A stretch of 64,000 nucleotides of DNA from assembly GCA_037447605.1 (NCBI GenBank), contig CM074804.1:3263909-3327908 (forward strand), in the 5' to 3' direction. This DNA is from Zygnema circumcarinatum SAG 698-1b (taxonomy: Eukaryota > Plantae > Zygnematophyceae). A program made the translations under genes and the position numbers. Positions within the stretch are counted from its first letter, which is position 1. Each line of letters starts with the position of its first letter. Under the pieces are notes generated by a model, which did not search any database, had not been told where the DNA came from, and saw nothing but the letters and a program-made list of their open reading frames with translations. This document shows positions 27,594-40,092 of this stretch, one piece after another.

Positions 27594-29877
27594 GGTCGGC
27601 AGAGCGTGGTGATTCCCACGATGGGATTTCGCGCCAACGGGCATTAGATTTAAGAATGTTTATTATAGAAAGAGGTTAAACTTAATGGTCCTCAAATATT
27701 CTATGTATTGATGGATAGATAAATAGTTAGCCAGGCATTCTGTACGGGGCGAAGATTAGCCTTGCCTCATGATGATGACGAAATCTACGCTTGAGTTAAT
27801 TGTATAGGATCATATATGCTCAGTAGTCTTCTCTTGAGTGTGTTTATTATCAGCAGAGGGACTTCACAAAATAACAGGCCACGAGGTTATCTAGTTTTAC
27901 GACCCTTCCTTTACTTATTTACTTTCATGATAGCTAGCAACACGATCCAATGTCTCCTTATTTGGGACCTGTTTGGTACTCTATGATTCTAATTCCAAGC
28001 ACGAGCCTTAGTTTTCAGAGTGTCTCTACCGAGTGGCAATGCTGGTGGAGGCTTTTTCCAGTGGTTGTCGAGTTGTCTTGGAATTCGAACGGGGCTCTTC
28101 AGTACGGCACAACTTGAGAGTGCTCATGTTGTCACCTTCCCAACACTTGAATTGTTTTTTTTAGAATTTTTTGATGCAATGGATTGGCAGGGTGGCATTA
28201 TGTATACAGCGCCTGCCCCTGATTGTGGACGGCAAATCGTGTGAACTGCTTGGTATGAACTGCGAGGCAGTACAGTACTTCGTCACTGGGGGATGCGGTG
28301 GTCAGGCAGTGGAGTACTCACAGGGGGGGCACTTGACCGCTGCTGCACCCTCGTCTTGGTCGGATTACGGTATCGAATTGTTGCCTACAACAATGCAGCG
28401 CCAATCGCAAGTGGCAGCGCGGCAGCAGTGGCCAACTTGGTGCCAAAGCCACGCCAAGCCAAAGCCGCCAACCGCCCCGATGTCTGCCGTCCCGGCCACC
28501 AGGCCAGGCCCAGGCCCAGGCCACGCCAGGCCGCGAGTCGGATCGGATCAAACAAAATCGCATCGAATCGACTCACATCCGCTCGCATCGGATCGCGACC
28601 CCTCCCGCGCTGCCCCGGCCCGCCCGCCCGCGCGCGCTGTCGGCCGCTCTGCTCTGCGGCCTCTGCCGCGCGCCTCGTCTAGAATCGATCGCCAGATTTC
28701 CTTCCGTCCGTCTGACACCCAATCGACTCCCGTACTGGACCGTACCGTACCGCAGTACAGTACTGTACAGTACAGTCCAGTCATGTACAGTACAGTACGC
28801 AGTTCCGCGACCTTTTCCTTTCCAGAGGGTCCGATGGCCCGCCCGCCGCCGCCGCGTCGCTGCCCCCCGTCCCGCCCCGTCGCGTCGCGTCCCGTCCGGC
28901 TCGTGCCGTCCGTACGTCCCTCCTCCGGGCGGGCGGGCGGGAGCCAGCCAGCTTGTCCAGGCCGCCACAAATCCCGGCGGGGACTGCGGCCTGCGCGGGG
29001 GGCCGCCACGTTGCCGCCGGCCATGCCCGCGCATGCGGCCGCCCCCGCCTGCGCGAGGGAGCGCCCTGCGGATGTCCGTATGGTAACGGACACGAGAGGC
29101 CGCGCCACTCCGCCATGCCATCACAGGCCGACCATTCAGTGTCCGCCACGTGGCTCCGTGTCGACCAGGCTGGCTGCCTGGAGGTGGCGCCCTCAACGGA
29201 ACGGAATGGCCGACACAGAACGGAACGGAGCGGAACGGAACGCAAGGGGTTCGCAGAGAGGAGAGAGGATGGGGCGTGCATGCCCATTCATGGCTCGTTA
29301 GGGTCTTCGCGACCGATTGGATCCTCGTGGTTCCCGTGATGCTTGAACTATGTCATGTGCCTTTCATGGCATCGCCAGCGTGAGATCAATGCCAATGTCC
29401 TCCTTGTTCGCTGGCTTTGGACCGACTGGACATAAAAACCACATGAATGGTTGACATGAAACATGCGTGCATGTTGCTGGTACAAACACATCTGCAGTTG
29501 TCATGCCGACGTACAGTTTTGCTTGTAATGCAAATTTTGTTACTGTATAGGGACGAGTTTGATGTTGCATACTAATAAAAACATCATAACGTGCAATGCG
29601 TCAACAACGCACACGTGTACAACAATGTATTTAGGGGGAATACATTGCCAACAATTTTGGTTCTTGTAAAGACATGGACAACAAGAACAAAACCAAAGTA
29701 CAACTACTATAGGAATGGCTCGCACATGAGAATCTATCACAGCCTCAGGCTTCTTTTGCCATCATGCCTGTTTAAATACTAAGCTTAGCTACCCAGCTCA
29801 TGGTCGCCTTTGCGACCAAGCAAGGACCCTGTTCTCGTAGCCTGCAATAGCGAAAACATGGATGGCGTTGTATACGC

Positions 29878-30330
29878 AGTTCAGAGTTCAGAGTTCAGAG
29901 TTCAGAGTTCAGAGTTCCGAGTTCCGAGTTCCGAGTTCGGAGTTCAGAGTTCAGAGTTCAGAGTTCAGAGTTCAGAGTTCAGAGTTCAGAGTTCAGAGTT
30001 CAGAGTTCAGAGTTCAGAGTTCAGAGTTCAGAGTTCAGAGTTCAGAGTTCAGAGTTCAGAGTTCAGAGTTCAGAGTTCAGAGTTCAGAGTTCAGAGTTCA
30101 GAGTTCAGAGTTCAGAGTTCAGAGTTCAGAGTTCAGAGTTCAGAGTTCAGAGTTCAGAGTTCAGAGTTCAGAGTTCAGAGTTCAGAGTTCAGAGTTCAGA
30201 GTTCAGAGTTCAGAGTTCAGAGTTCAGAGTTCAGAGTTCAGAATTCAGAGTTCAGAGTTCAAAGCTCAGAGCTCAAAGTTGAGTTCAAAGTTGGAATGTC
30301 AGAGCTCAACGTTGAGAGTTCTGCGAGTTG
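29878..30330 (+). repeat. Heptamer satellite (AGTTCAG)n, about 55 near-perfect units plus a decaying 3' tail
   Basis: Directly visible at 29878-30260, with variants AGTTCCG, AGTTCGG and AATTCAG. Degenerate units continue to about 30330. Confidence 0.98.
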
Positions 30331-30866
30331 CGAGTCCAGCGCTCCGCAATTCGCGGGCCGGAGCTGGTCGGAGCGGATAAAGGCCCGCGTCGGCGCAAAA
30401 GGGCCGCTGACAGGCAGACAGACCGACAGGCGGGCGGGCGCGCAGGATTAGGGCTGACGGGGCGCTGCGGGACTCGCCGGGGCTGGGGCGGGCCGGGGCT
30501 GGGGCTGGGGCTGGGGCTGGGCCTGCACGCGCTGGGCGGCAGACCTGGCGGTGGGAGCTGGTGGGAGCGGGAGGCGGCGGGGGGAGTGGGGGAGTTGGCA
30601 GCGGGAGGAGGAGGTTGGAGGGGGAAGGAGGAGGACGAAGGGAGGAGGTAGGAGGACGACGAGGAGGTAGGAGGGGAGGAGGAGGGGAAGGAAGAGTTGG
30701 AAGTGCGGAGCAGGAGGAGGAAGAGAAGGAGCGGAGGAGGAGAAGGTGGAAAAGGAGGAGGAAAAGGAGGAGGAGGGGGAGGAGAAGCAGGAGGAGAGGA
30801 AGAGGAGGTGGATGCTAAGCGAGGAGGACACAGCAATGTCGGAATGAGAAAGTGGAAGTGGATTCT

Positions 30867-33800
30867 ATGGCCGGGAAGGATATGTGGTTGTGGTGTAGGA
30901 GAGTGCGGCTGTTTATTGCAAGGCCGCTTACCGTTCTTCTGCTAGTATTCGTATTAGAAGTGGGAAAGAAGGCCGAGGCAGTGCGCACTGCAGATTGGCA
31001 GAAGTGTGAGACAGCCGGGAGATTCCACAGTGCTGATGTATGGGGAACGGGACTGGATGGGCCTCAGCTCTTGAAGAGAGAATGCTTTCTCATCCAACCT
31101 AAGGTGAATGCCATTCCGGCGCTCGATGTCCTTGTTCTCCTTGTTACAGGGATTTGTTGTTTATTTGCTGACCAGGGATAGCGTTTTTGGCATTGGTCTG
31201 TACTACGACCGCCTTTTATGGATGCTTCAGTTGCTTTCAAACATCAATGGACGATCTCATGATAAACTACCGTGTCTCCAGAGCTAGGTGATGTTAAGGA
31301 TGTAAGTGCGTTTGTCACAAGAATGTCACTTCTACAGGCTGCGCCTCAGAATGCAGCATCTTCAATCCTGAGCAATTGAGTCGTTTTGTGTTAAGATAGC
31401 TACCGTGTTGCAGAAGTTGTTCGTATCGGTTTCCTGAGTGAGAAGGAGAGGAGACAACCAGCGATTTTTTTTGCATGACTGTTCGCCATTCTGCATTCCT
31501 GCAGAACGAGGCTCTTGGTTTTGTAGAATTTACTGGAAGCTTATGAAACGCTGCGGGGCTGCAGGATATAAATGGCAGCAAAATTGACCGGGGCTGCTCT
31601 CCACCGAGTACTTTCTGGCTCGTATTTTTGCGGTCTACAGATGGCTCTGTGCAACTTCTGGCAGACGTTTTCCATATTGCTGCTGAAGGTTTTCATCAGG
31701 TGCAACTAGAGTTTCTTCACCGGTTTACATATAATTAACAAGAATTACACCACTCACACCCTCTGGATGCAGTGACTGATTTTGAAGTCATAAAATGAGC
31801 TAGCTATTGATCTTGAAGAACTTTTTTATCATGACAAGTGGATTTGCTCCCGAATCATACATGGTCTTGCTCACAATGTCTATACAACTCTTTTAACTTT
31901 CATGCAGGTGTGCTTTACTCTAATGGAGCTGGCTTCATACAAAGTATCTATCTACCTTGTTACGACCAGTTTCGCAGACACATTGGCAGGGAGGAGAGTG
32001 CCTCCAGATTATTTTCCATACGCATTGGTGAAAGAAGTTACTGTAAATGCAACGGTGAGTCTCGTCATGCCATCACTAGGGAGATTGTAGTGGGTCAATT
32101 TGATCCTGTGAGGTTTTTCCTTTTGTCTTTATCACACCATAGCTGCAATCAGAAAGTTTAAACTTAATAGCAATGCTCAAGAGAATTTTTACGAAGTGTA
32201 TGCGAGGGGGAAGGTCCGCCGCCTCGGCGGAGTAGGCTGAGCGTCTTTCTGGACTGCTCTTTTTCCCTTCCTTTTCTTCCGCCCACCTATTCCAGCCTTA
32301 GCTTACCTTGTTAAACCATAACGATGTCAGTCTGCCCTCGCAAATGATGGTCACGTCAGGGTAGTCAGTCAAGGACAACCTCCATCTTTCAAATTCAAGA
32401 GGGAGTTCAGTAAGGGGATGATAAGTTATAGTGCGTCAAGATTTGAATTGAGACAGGGATTTTGACAATTTATGCCGTACCTGTGTGTAGTGCAAGTGGA
32501 ACGTCTTATTCTGAATTCCAGCAAACGAGTATGTAGGTTATGAGTTTGAGAAGCAGGAGAGCTTCCTCTTCATTGAGGATTTGTCTGGTTAGAGCTTCTG
32601 AGTCCCATACCATGATTACGAGAAAGGATGTTAGTTCTTAATTTTGCTGTTTCCTGAGTTAATGACTCAAGTGCCAGGATTCTTTGTCTGTGCGCACTTC
32701 ATTCAAGGAACTTCAATAACTTGTGATAGTTGCATGGAGTTTCAACGGGCCAATGGTCCATCCACCCGCTCTGTACTGTTCATAGTAGACCGTAGCTTAT
32801 CATACGAACCATTATAATTACGATTTTAACGCGGGTATATCATTGTTTCGCATAATAAAATTGGACACATCACATAACATTTTAGAGTTTCGAGTCTAGT
32901 GTTAAATTTATGAAGTTGCGACTGTACGAGAGATTGTAGTTAAACTTAGCTAAAAGGATTCGACTTTACTTCGTAAGACCATCTTTGCACATAAGGAGAG
33001 GTTCAGCTTGCGGAGTAGATGATGGTTTCAGCAGCTTCGAGTTCTTCCGAGGCAAATCTGCTCTGTCGATTCGAACTTGTTTCTTCTGCAGCTACAGCCT
33101 TGTGCGGGAATCTCATAGCTCACATTTAGCAGCAAGGTTTTGTCGCCTCTGAGAGGCAATGTACTGCAGGTGGAGGATGAGATTCAGCACAAAGCATACC
33201 TTGCTTCACTTCCTCCCTGCACTCAGGAGATTCTTTCAAAGAGCAATAACGACGGCCGGTGGATTGAAGATCTTTGGTATCCAAACTCGTGTCGTGTTAA
33301 CCGATTAACTCCCAGGTATTACCTTCGCAGCATTGCTTGCAGGTTATGGGCCTTGGATAGATTTTCTTTGCTCGGATTCCGCACTGTATATCTGAACAAG
33401 ACATTATAAAGTTGTGATATTTTTTGGTTGACGTTTTAAAGCTGAAGCATCACTTTCAGCTATGTCATCGGTCTTAGCAACGCTTGCATGTGGTTGTGAC
33501 CGTCCATACAGAGAGATGCTGAACTGCCTTGATGGAAAACGGTTACTCATTTCGGGGGATTATCAAATGTGGGCACTATTTGCGGAGTTAATGAATTATT
33601 TGGGGAAAGGAGATCGATGCACATATTTCTCGGAAAATAGGAATGATCTGACGGCAAGTGCCAGCCTACGGGCATACAAGGTATGCCTGTTTAATTCTCG
33701 AAAAGGGACTGAAGGATTTGTAGGTCGTTTGGCCGGCCCCGTACTTGGAGGTTGATGAAGTGTTTGATGGGATTGCTCAGTTTTTACCTTGTCGTTTCTA

Positions 33801-35295
33801 CTGAGCTGCGAATTTCTTCCTTTCTTTGCATTTGCTGTGAGAGGCATTATGCTTTGTTGGTAGTTTACCTCCATCACAATGTCTTGGCAGAGCAACTGCC
33901 AGCAACAGGAAAGCATTGCTGTCTTTGACAAAGGAACTTCAATCGATTTGATGCTTGTATTGAATGGCTCCCACTGCACCTTGGGAGGTTTCGACAGGCT
34001 CGACTGCAAGGTCCGGTACCATACCTTCCAGGATCAGAGGAGATAGCTGTGCATACGACGGAATATGGCAGTGGAGCACTCGCTACTTATTACGGAACGG
34101 CAGTCAATGGCTTCGGAGTTGGCAGGTGTGTTAAAGTCGATTATAGAATTTGGCACCATTGCAACGTTAGTTATCCTCTGTTTTGAATTCGACGAGGATA
34201 CCATGTTCAGTCCTCGCCAAAGAATCTTTTCAATTGAAGAGTGAAATTATACAGTACCTTTGTCAATGCTTTTGAAGCATTAGATGTAATCTGTACTCGT
34301 ATGCAAATGTCTGAGCCAGTCTAATGCTCCCGGTCTTGTACTGTGTGGATCTTTGCCCAATGAGTCTCAGAGTGCAGAGCAATGCACAATCTGCAAATGG
34401 GGAGCAAGATTCAGGACGCACTCTGAAGGTCACTTACGTATCACATTCTGACTCTAAAGAGCCTCTATTCCGACCCTGGATGATTGACTACACCAGAACT
34501 GGGCCCCTCGCTAATGCCTTCGCTCCTTTCGACTATGTGTTGGCAACCAGTGGGCTGCATGACTTGGCTCTTTATGACACAGCCGACGAATATACAGCAA
34601 ATTTAGGTATTGTCGAATATTCTCGCTCTTGTTTGCTTTTTATCAGGGTGTTGTGCCAACTTACAGCTTGCTTTACTAACTTGCTTCTCCGTGAATATGC
34701 TGCTCCTAATCGCATGTGCAGAGGCAGAGTTTGTGCCGTCAATCCGGTTTGTGGTGCAAAACATGAGTGCCGTCACATGGGCGGGACTGTGGTCGGCTCA
34801 GGAGGGACTCAAACTACCAAAACATCTGCCTATGAGCAATAATGCGCGCGGCTTCAACTTGGAAGCGTCTGCTCGAAGGTGCTGCAACTGGAATTTTATA
34901 AGCCACATTTGTAGATCGTTCATTTGAGTAGGTCAGGTCTTGTTGTTAGAAGAGCTAGCCATTTCCCAAAGCATTTGGAGTATGGTTCGGTTCACTCCTC
35001 TATTTTGTTTCTGATGGCTTGCAATAGCCTGACAGGCGATTTTCGTTGGGGAGTCCTTGTTGATGAACTTAGCCTTTTCTGATGCCCGGATGGCATGTTG
35101 TCTCTTTGCAGCAGAGTCACAACTGCTTGGGGAGTATCGTGGCTGGGCATGAAGGCGATGACTGCCCCTCGGAGGGATTTATGCCCTGACTCCTCACACT
35201 ACTCCTGGCCCGTCTCTATTGCAACGCTTGAGCTCTGGCTCGGCTCCCTTTGCCCTCCTCCCCCTGAAGTTGAGCCTGACTCTGAACGATGCTAG
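30867..35295 (+). CDS. Secreted or type-II membrane NXPE/PC-esterase (SGNH/TBL-like) protein with an N-terminal Ig/filamin-like domain
   Basis: Hydrophobic N-terminus, then LIQPK|DINGSKIDRGC (filamin-like). GRWIEDLWYPNSC...EMLNCLDGKRLLISGDY marks the GDS position. Later motifs are VLATSGLHDL and the C-terminal DxxH motif CPDSSHY. Confidence 0.7.
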
Positions 35296-36550
35296 GCTCA
35301 GGCAGTCTTATGTGTGAGCCCATGGATAGGCATCGTGTCTTCCGCAGTGCAATCGTAGGAAAGTTACTGCTGTCCCTTGTGCTAGCAGACATGAAGTGAC
35401 CGAAACTGGCCACTTTGCTTAAGGGCCGCTTTCTTAGGCAGGACAACTAATTAGAATGTAGTGTACCTTGCACCGCTCATAGCCTTCCTATTGTACCAGG
35501 AGCTGGTCGGTAGGAAGGGGCTCATACTTGGAGTTGCCATCAGCTCAGAGCAACTCTCTCTGGCAGTAGAGAAGCTCCAGTGCGAGGTACTAAGCCATAG
35601 TCCTCCCTCTTTGAGAGTATCTTATTGTACGTGGGGCTAGCCCTGGGTGGAGCTCAGGTAGTGATGGGGGTTACATGATGTCAGGGTGTAGAGCAGGGTT
35701 GACTTTGATTGATGGACCATCTCCTCCTGCTTGAGTGCCGTACCCCCTCAGAAGTAGGTAGACGAGCTGTCGCCCTCTTTGAAGTCACAGGAAAGTAGGC
35801 AGAAGCGCTAGCACGGTTGTTCAGGCAAAGGAACAGATCGAAATCTGTTCTTTTTGTACAGCCATTGTACAGCCGTCCCACAGGCGTCCAGACATGAGCC
35901 ATAGGATTGCTTATTCTTTTTTAATTCTCAAGCAAAAGCAGCGGGCCGGGCAGATTCATATCCGCGGGTGTCTTCTGGCGCTCATAAAGCTTAGCCTTCA
36001 GGGGCGTCTGGGTTAGCAGAGATTCCGTGAGATGATGCACGACAGTGAAGCAGTCACTATTGTTGAAAATTTTATTCTTTGAATTGCTGTATTTCAGCTT
36101 ACTCTCTTGCTACTCCCTTTTCGATACCTCTCCTGGTCAGACCGAATCCTTCCAATACTGCTGGCAACGGGTGGAAAATGAGCCATCCAACATACCAGCA
36201 AGGCATCGGTGAAACTGCAGAAATTGTTGAAGCACAAGAGAGACAATTCCTGTTGGGGTTCCTTCCATTTGTAGTCCAAGAACAACGCGAAAGACTGAGG
36301 GGTTCAAACCATTTATCCTCATACCGAGGAACTAATATCTAGTACATGAGTTTTGCTCGACTCGTCTAGCTCGTTATGCCCAGGCATATGGCTGCAACTG
36401 TAGGGCATTCACTTTGCCCGCATTTGCTGCTTGTTGAGAACGAAAGACGGGATTCTGCATTGATACAAATGATGAAAAAAAACTATTTAACAGCACACTC
36501 ATCTTGTTTGAGAGAGAACGTACGATGCAGAGGCATGTATGTCAGGTATG

Positions 36551-37883
36551 TCACGGACAAGAAACGTTTTGAAAGCTCGCAGGTCCAAAACGTTTTCGGC
36601 GTTGATCTCCTTTGTTGACCAGTGGGACCTTGTGAGCAAGCAATCTAAGAATGAGTGCTGCCTCCATCAATTCTGCATGGCTGCGATCAGGGACCATCAT
36701 AAAGGCAAAACGCAGCGGCAGCTTGCGCTGACTGCGGTGTCTCTTAATTCGATGGCCAATGCTATCACTCTGCCAATAAAACGAGCAACGAGTTAGCATT
36801 GAAGAGGAGCTAGAAGGCAGTGTAGGACAAGCCGAAGTGGTCATTAATATGTGCAACGGTGCACGACGTTCCGATTCATTGAGAAGGAGACTTAAGCCCT
36901 AGCGAACAATAATAGAGATAGTAGAAGTTAATCAAAGTATCCAAGCATCTGATGAGAAGAAACAATTTAGGAGGGCCAACCTGTCCCACATAGAAGAATC
37001 CTTTGGGTAGCTCCATTACGTAAACACATGAGTGGCAGGCTGCTCGGGGTGGAGGTCGTTGAGTTGGTCCAACAAAGGTGAAGTGCACGTCCTCTGCTAT
37101 GCCAGCTGCTACTTGGAGCTCTTTGCAAAGTTCAACAGCATAAGGCTCTACGTCCTCCAACCTCTTGAATGCCATCCTGCTCCCTTGAAACTCTTGGTTG
37201 ATAGATAATTGTGCGCCTCCTTCACTGGTTCTACTTGCGACTGAAAGAAGCCCTTCTAGTGTGGCATCGCATCCCGTAAGGTCAGAGCAAGTCCCTGCAG
37301 CCATGCTACTAGCATCTCGTACAACGGCAGCTGATGACGAAAAACTTAATTCTTCGCTTCTGAGTTCAAGAACCGCAGCGTCTGTTCCTGATCGAGCGAC
37401 CAATTGATATGTTTGCTCCCTCTGACCTTCAGGAAAGCCTGAGCCATTGCCAGTGTCAATTGAAGAAATGACTCCGCTATCAGAGTCAATTTTGCGACCC
37501 CGGCCTGGTTTTTGTGACGAGCTGGATTTTCTCGCCTTCCTCCTTCCACCAGAAACTTTCCCTTCTTCTTGCACCTCGTTACTCTTAACATTCTGAAATG
37601 TTTCAGCAGAATCACCGGCGCCCTTGCTAGCCGGGACAATCATCGACGGGTTCGACCCAGAATGGCTTTGTTGGCCAATTGCCTCTCCTTCAAGCGTAGA
37701 GCCTTCTGTACGGTAGTAGGATGAAGTTTGCAATTGACTCGGCTCGCGAAGTACAAGAGAAGTTTCAACACTGTTCAAAGACAAGTGACTCACCTCTCGA
37801 GGCTTTGCATGCCAAAGGCCACGTTTGCCTGCAGCGCAGAATAACGGCCGGACAGCCTTCATAGCCATCCCAGAAGCAGCCAT
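36551..37883 (-). CDS. Stand-alone MSH1-type GIY-YIG endonuclease domain protein (exons 37883-36981 and 36769-36551)
   Basis: Spliced C-terminus PTQRPPPRAACHSCVYVMELPKGFFYVGQ|SDSIGHRIKRHRSQ...AELMEAALILRL...LVNKGDQRRKRFG matches the pattern of the plant MSH1 C-terminal GIY-YIG domain. There are no MutS domains. The N-terminus resembles a transit peptide. Confidence 0.82.
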
Positions 37884-38770
37884 GGCCCAAGCAAGGTACC
37901 CCTAAGACACGAGGTTCGGCAAGGCATAGCCCTTGACCTCGGCAAGGCTTCCAAAAACAGCCACTCTACTGCTGGACGGTCTTGCAGGGACGGTGCGCTC
38001 CGACAGTGCCGACATCACCTGCATAGTGCAGCGCTGCAGCTCCCGTCCGAGAGAGAGAGAGAGCGCGAGAGAGAGAGAGATGGCCGTCAGCAGGCGCGCA
38101 CGCGTCCGCAGCGAATCGAGCGGTCGAATTTCTGAATAATGGCGATACGATACGATACGATATGATATATTGAGCGATGCGGTCATCTCTCGGACATCTG
38201 TCATTGTACCGTACTATACGGTACGGCAAGGAAAGACGGAGGTACGAGGGGGAGAGGAGAGGAGAGGAGAGACGAGAGGAGCAGGGGGGCAGGGGGGAGG
38301 TGGGGAATACAAAGGTGAAGGGGGAGAGGTCCTCGTTATGCACATGATCTTGAGAGGGTCAGACGCGATAGGGATCGCTTGTCTTTTGTCTCCGTCTCTG
38401 CTTGCAATGGAAGGGTGGCGCGCAGGCCCCATGGATTTGTCCAAGGCCAAAGGGCAGCGGAAGCAAAAGCAATGCCTTTGAATCAGAAAGTATTCCCCAC
38501 CCATCTTGAGGTCACAAACGACCTCAAGATGGCCGCCCTTCGGCTCACCGTGGTTGATGCGTGTAAGTTTTCTTTCTAATGGAGCTACTAACTCTTATTT
38601 GCTGACAATTATGCATATCAACTCTTGTCCTTCAGACGCTGCTTCTCTGGTCATTAGCAAAGTTGCAAAGTGGCCACCCAGTAACTCTACCTCTTACAGC
38701 GGAAACTTCCCACAATTTTACTGAACAGAACTGAACTGACCGAATGTACAGACCCTCGGACATATACATG

Positions 38771-39753
38771 TCACATATTATGAATCGAAGAGATTACATC
38801 CTCCTCAATGCGAGGAATGTCCTTGAATGGATGCGCTCGTGCCACAGTGAACCAGAAGAATATAGCCGCTCGAGTATACATCACGCGCACCTGTGCTCCC
38901 ACAACGCAAGTTCAGCAGCATTCGGAGGATGTCTTTCAGACAGATTGGGACTATCCTGCAGCATGGTTACGCTTGAGACTAACTTCTTAATGCACACATT
39001 ACATGCTGTACCGTCAGCCAGTTATCCAGTTACCTTCCAGCAGATGCAGGCACTGAATCACCTATTGGCGAGCTATTTAAGATGAAGAGAAAAAAAATGA
39101 CAGAGAATTTCAACAGCGAAACGCAATGCCGACTGCCAGCCTCATCTACACAACGGAGAACAAACAAATGATTGGATCGCCGCAAGCCAATCATTACCTT
39201 CTGTAACGATAGCCCTCCACTCGTGCGCACTGCCTTCTCCCCTCCTCCAATTCTCGTTTCCACCACTACCAATCCGTTGCTTGTCGACCGCAGATGGGTC
39301 CGATCCTCGCTCCCCGCATGCTCTTCACAGCTCAGCACCTGAACTGCTTTCTGTTCCATCGTCTCCACGACAGCAGCCTCTTCCAACACTTTCGAAACCC
39401 TATTTTCGTTAGGCATCTCCATCCGAGAAGCCATTTCCATCTCCGACAGATTGCCTCCCTTCTCAACCGAACTTTCCGAATGAGGCAAGTCATGGCGTGG
39501 AGAAAACTCCTTTCCTAAAGCCGCCGAGGTGGCGGCCAATGGCAGGCAAGGCGGGTTTGGCGGCAGGCGGAGGGCTCCAACGGCGGGGGCTGTAGTGACG
39601 ATGGGGCAGACGAGGTGCTCTAAGGGATGCTCTGCACACTCAAGGGCGCAGTTCTCCACCGTCAGATGCCCGCTCTTATGCAGCAGACACCATCCCAGTT
39701 CTGCTTGAACAGTCAAATTTGCCAATCGCGCATTCGAATGGAACTCCAAGGCC
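38771..39753 (-). CDS. SKIP5: F-box protein SKIP5-like, last two exons (39753-39198 and 38890-38771); 5' exons not found
   Basis: ALEFHSNARLANLTVQAELGWCLLHKSGHLTVENCALECAEHPLEHLVCPIVTTA and ETRIGGGEKAVRTSGGLSLQK|VRVMYTRAAIFFWF resemble the plant SKIP5 C-terminal half. Confidence 0.8.
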
Positions 39754-40092
39754 CTGCATTGCAGGCACAGGGAGAGCAGGATTAGCTCATCCAATGGGTC
39801 CAAGCTGATGGGGAAACAGAGCTGCTCCATGGACACCACCTCGGCAGGCAGTTGGGAGGAGAGAGAGTTCTCACCCTTCTGCGCCCCGACTGCATAGCAG
39901 CACAGTATCGTCCTCTGTATCTCCTCCACCAACCTGCTCCGGAGAGAAAATTCAGCTAGAGAACATCAACAAAAAGGACATGCCTGCAACAATGAAAGAT
40001 TTTGCGCATATGATCTGGTGACACAAATTCTCTATTTACGTATTCTGGCATTTGCAATTAACCAACAAGATATGGCCCTTAGGTTCACACTC

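Noticed and set aside
28171-29339. Long overlapping ORFs (up to 376 aa) on both strands
   Set aside because: GC-rich, low-complexity, promoter-like DNA that lacks stops by composition; no domain motifs.
29810-30451. ORFs with SSEFRVQ repeats, or a possible CRISPR array
   Set aside because: These are translations of a 7-bp satellite. There are no spacers or cas genes, and the context is eukaryotic.
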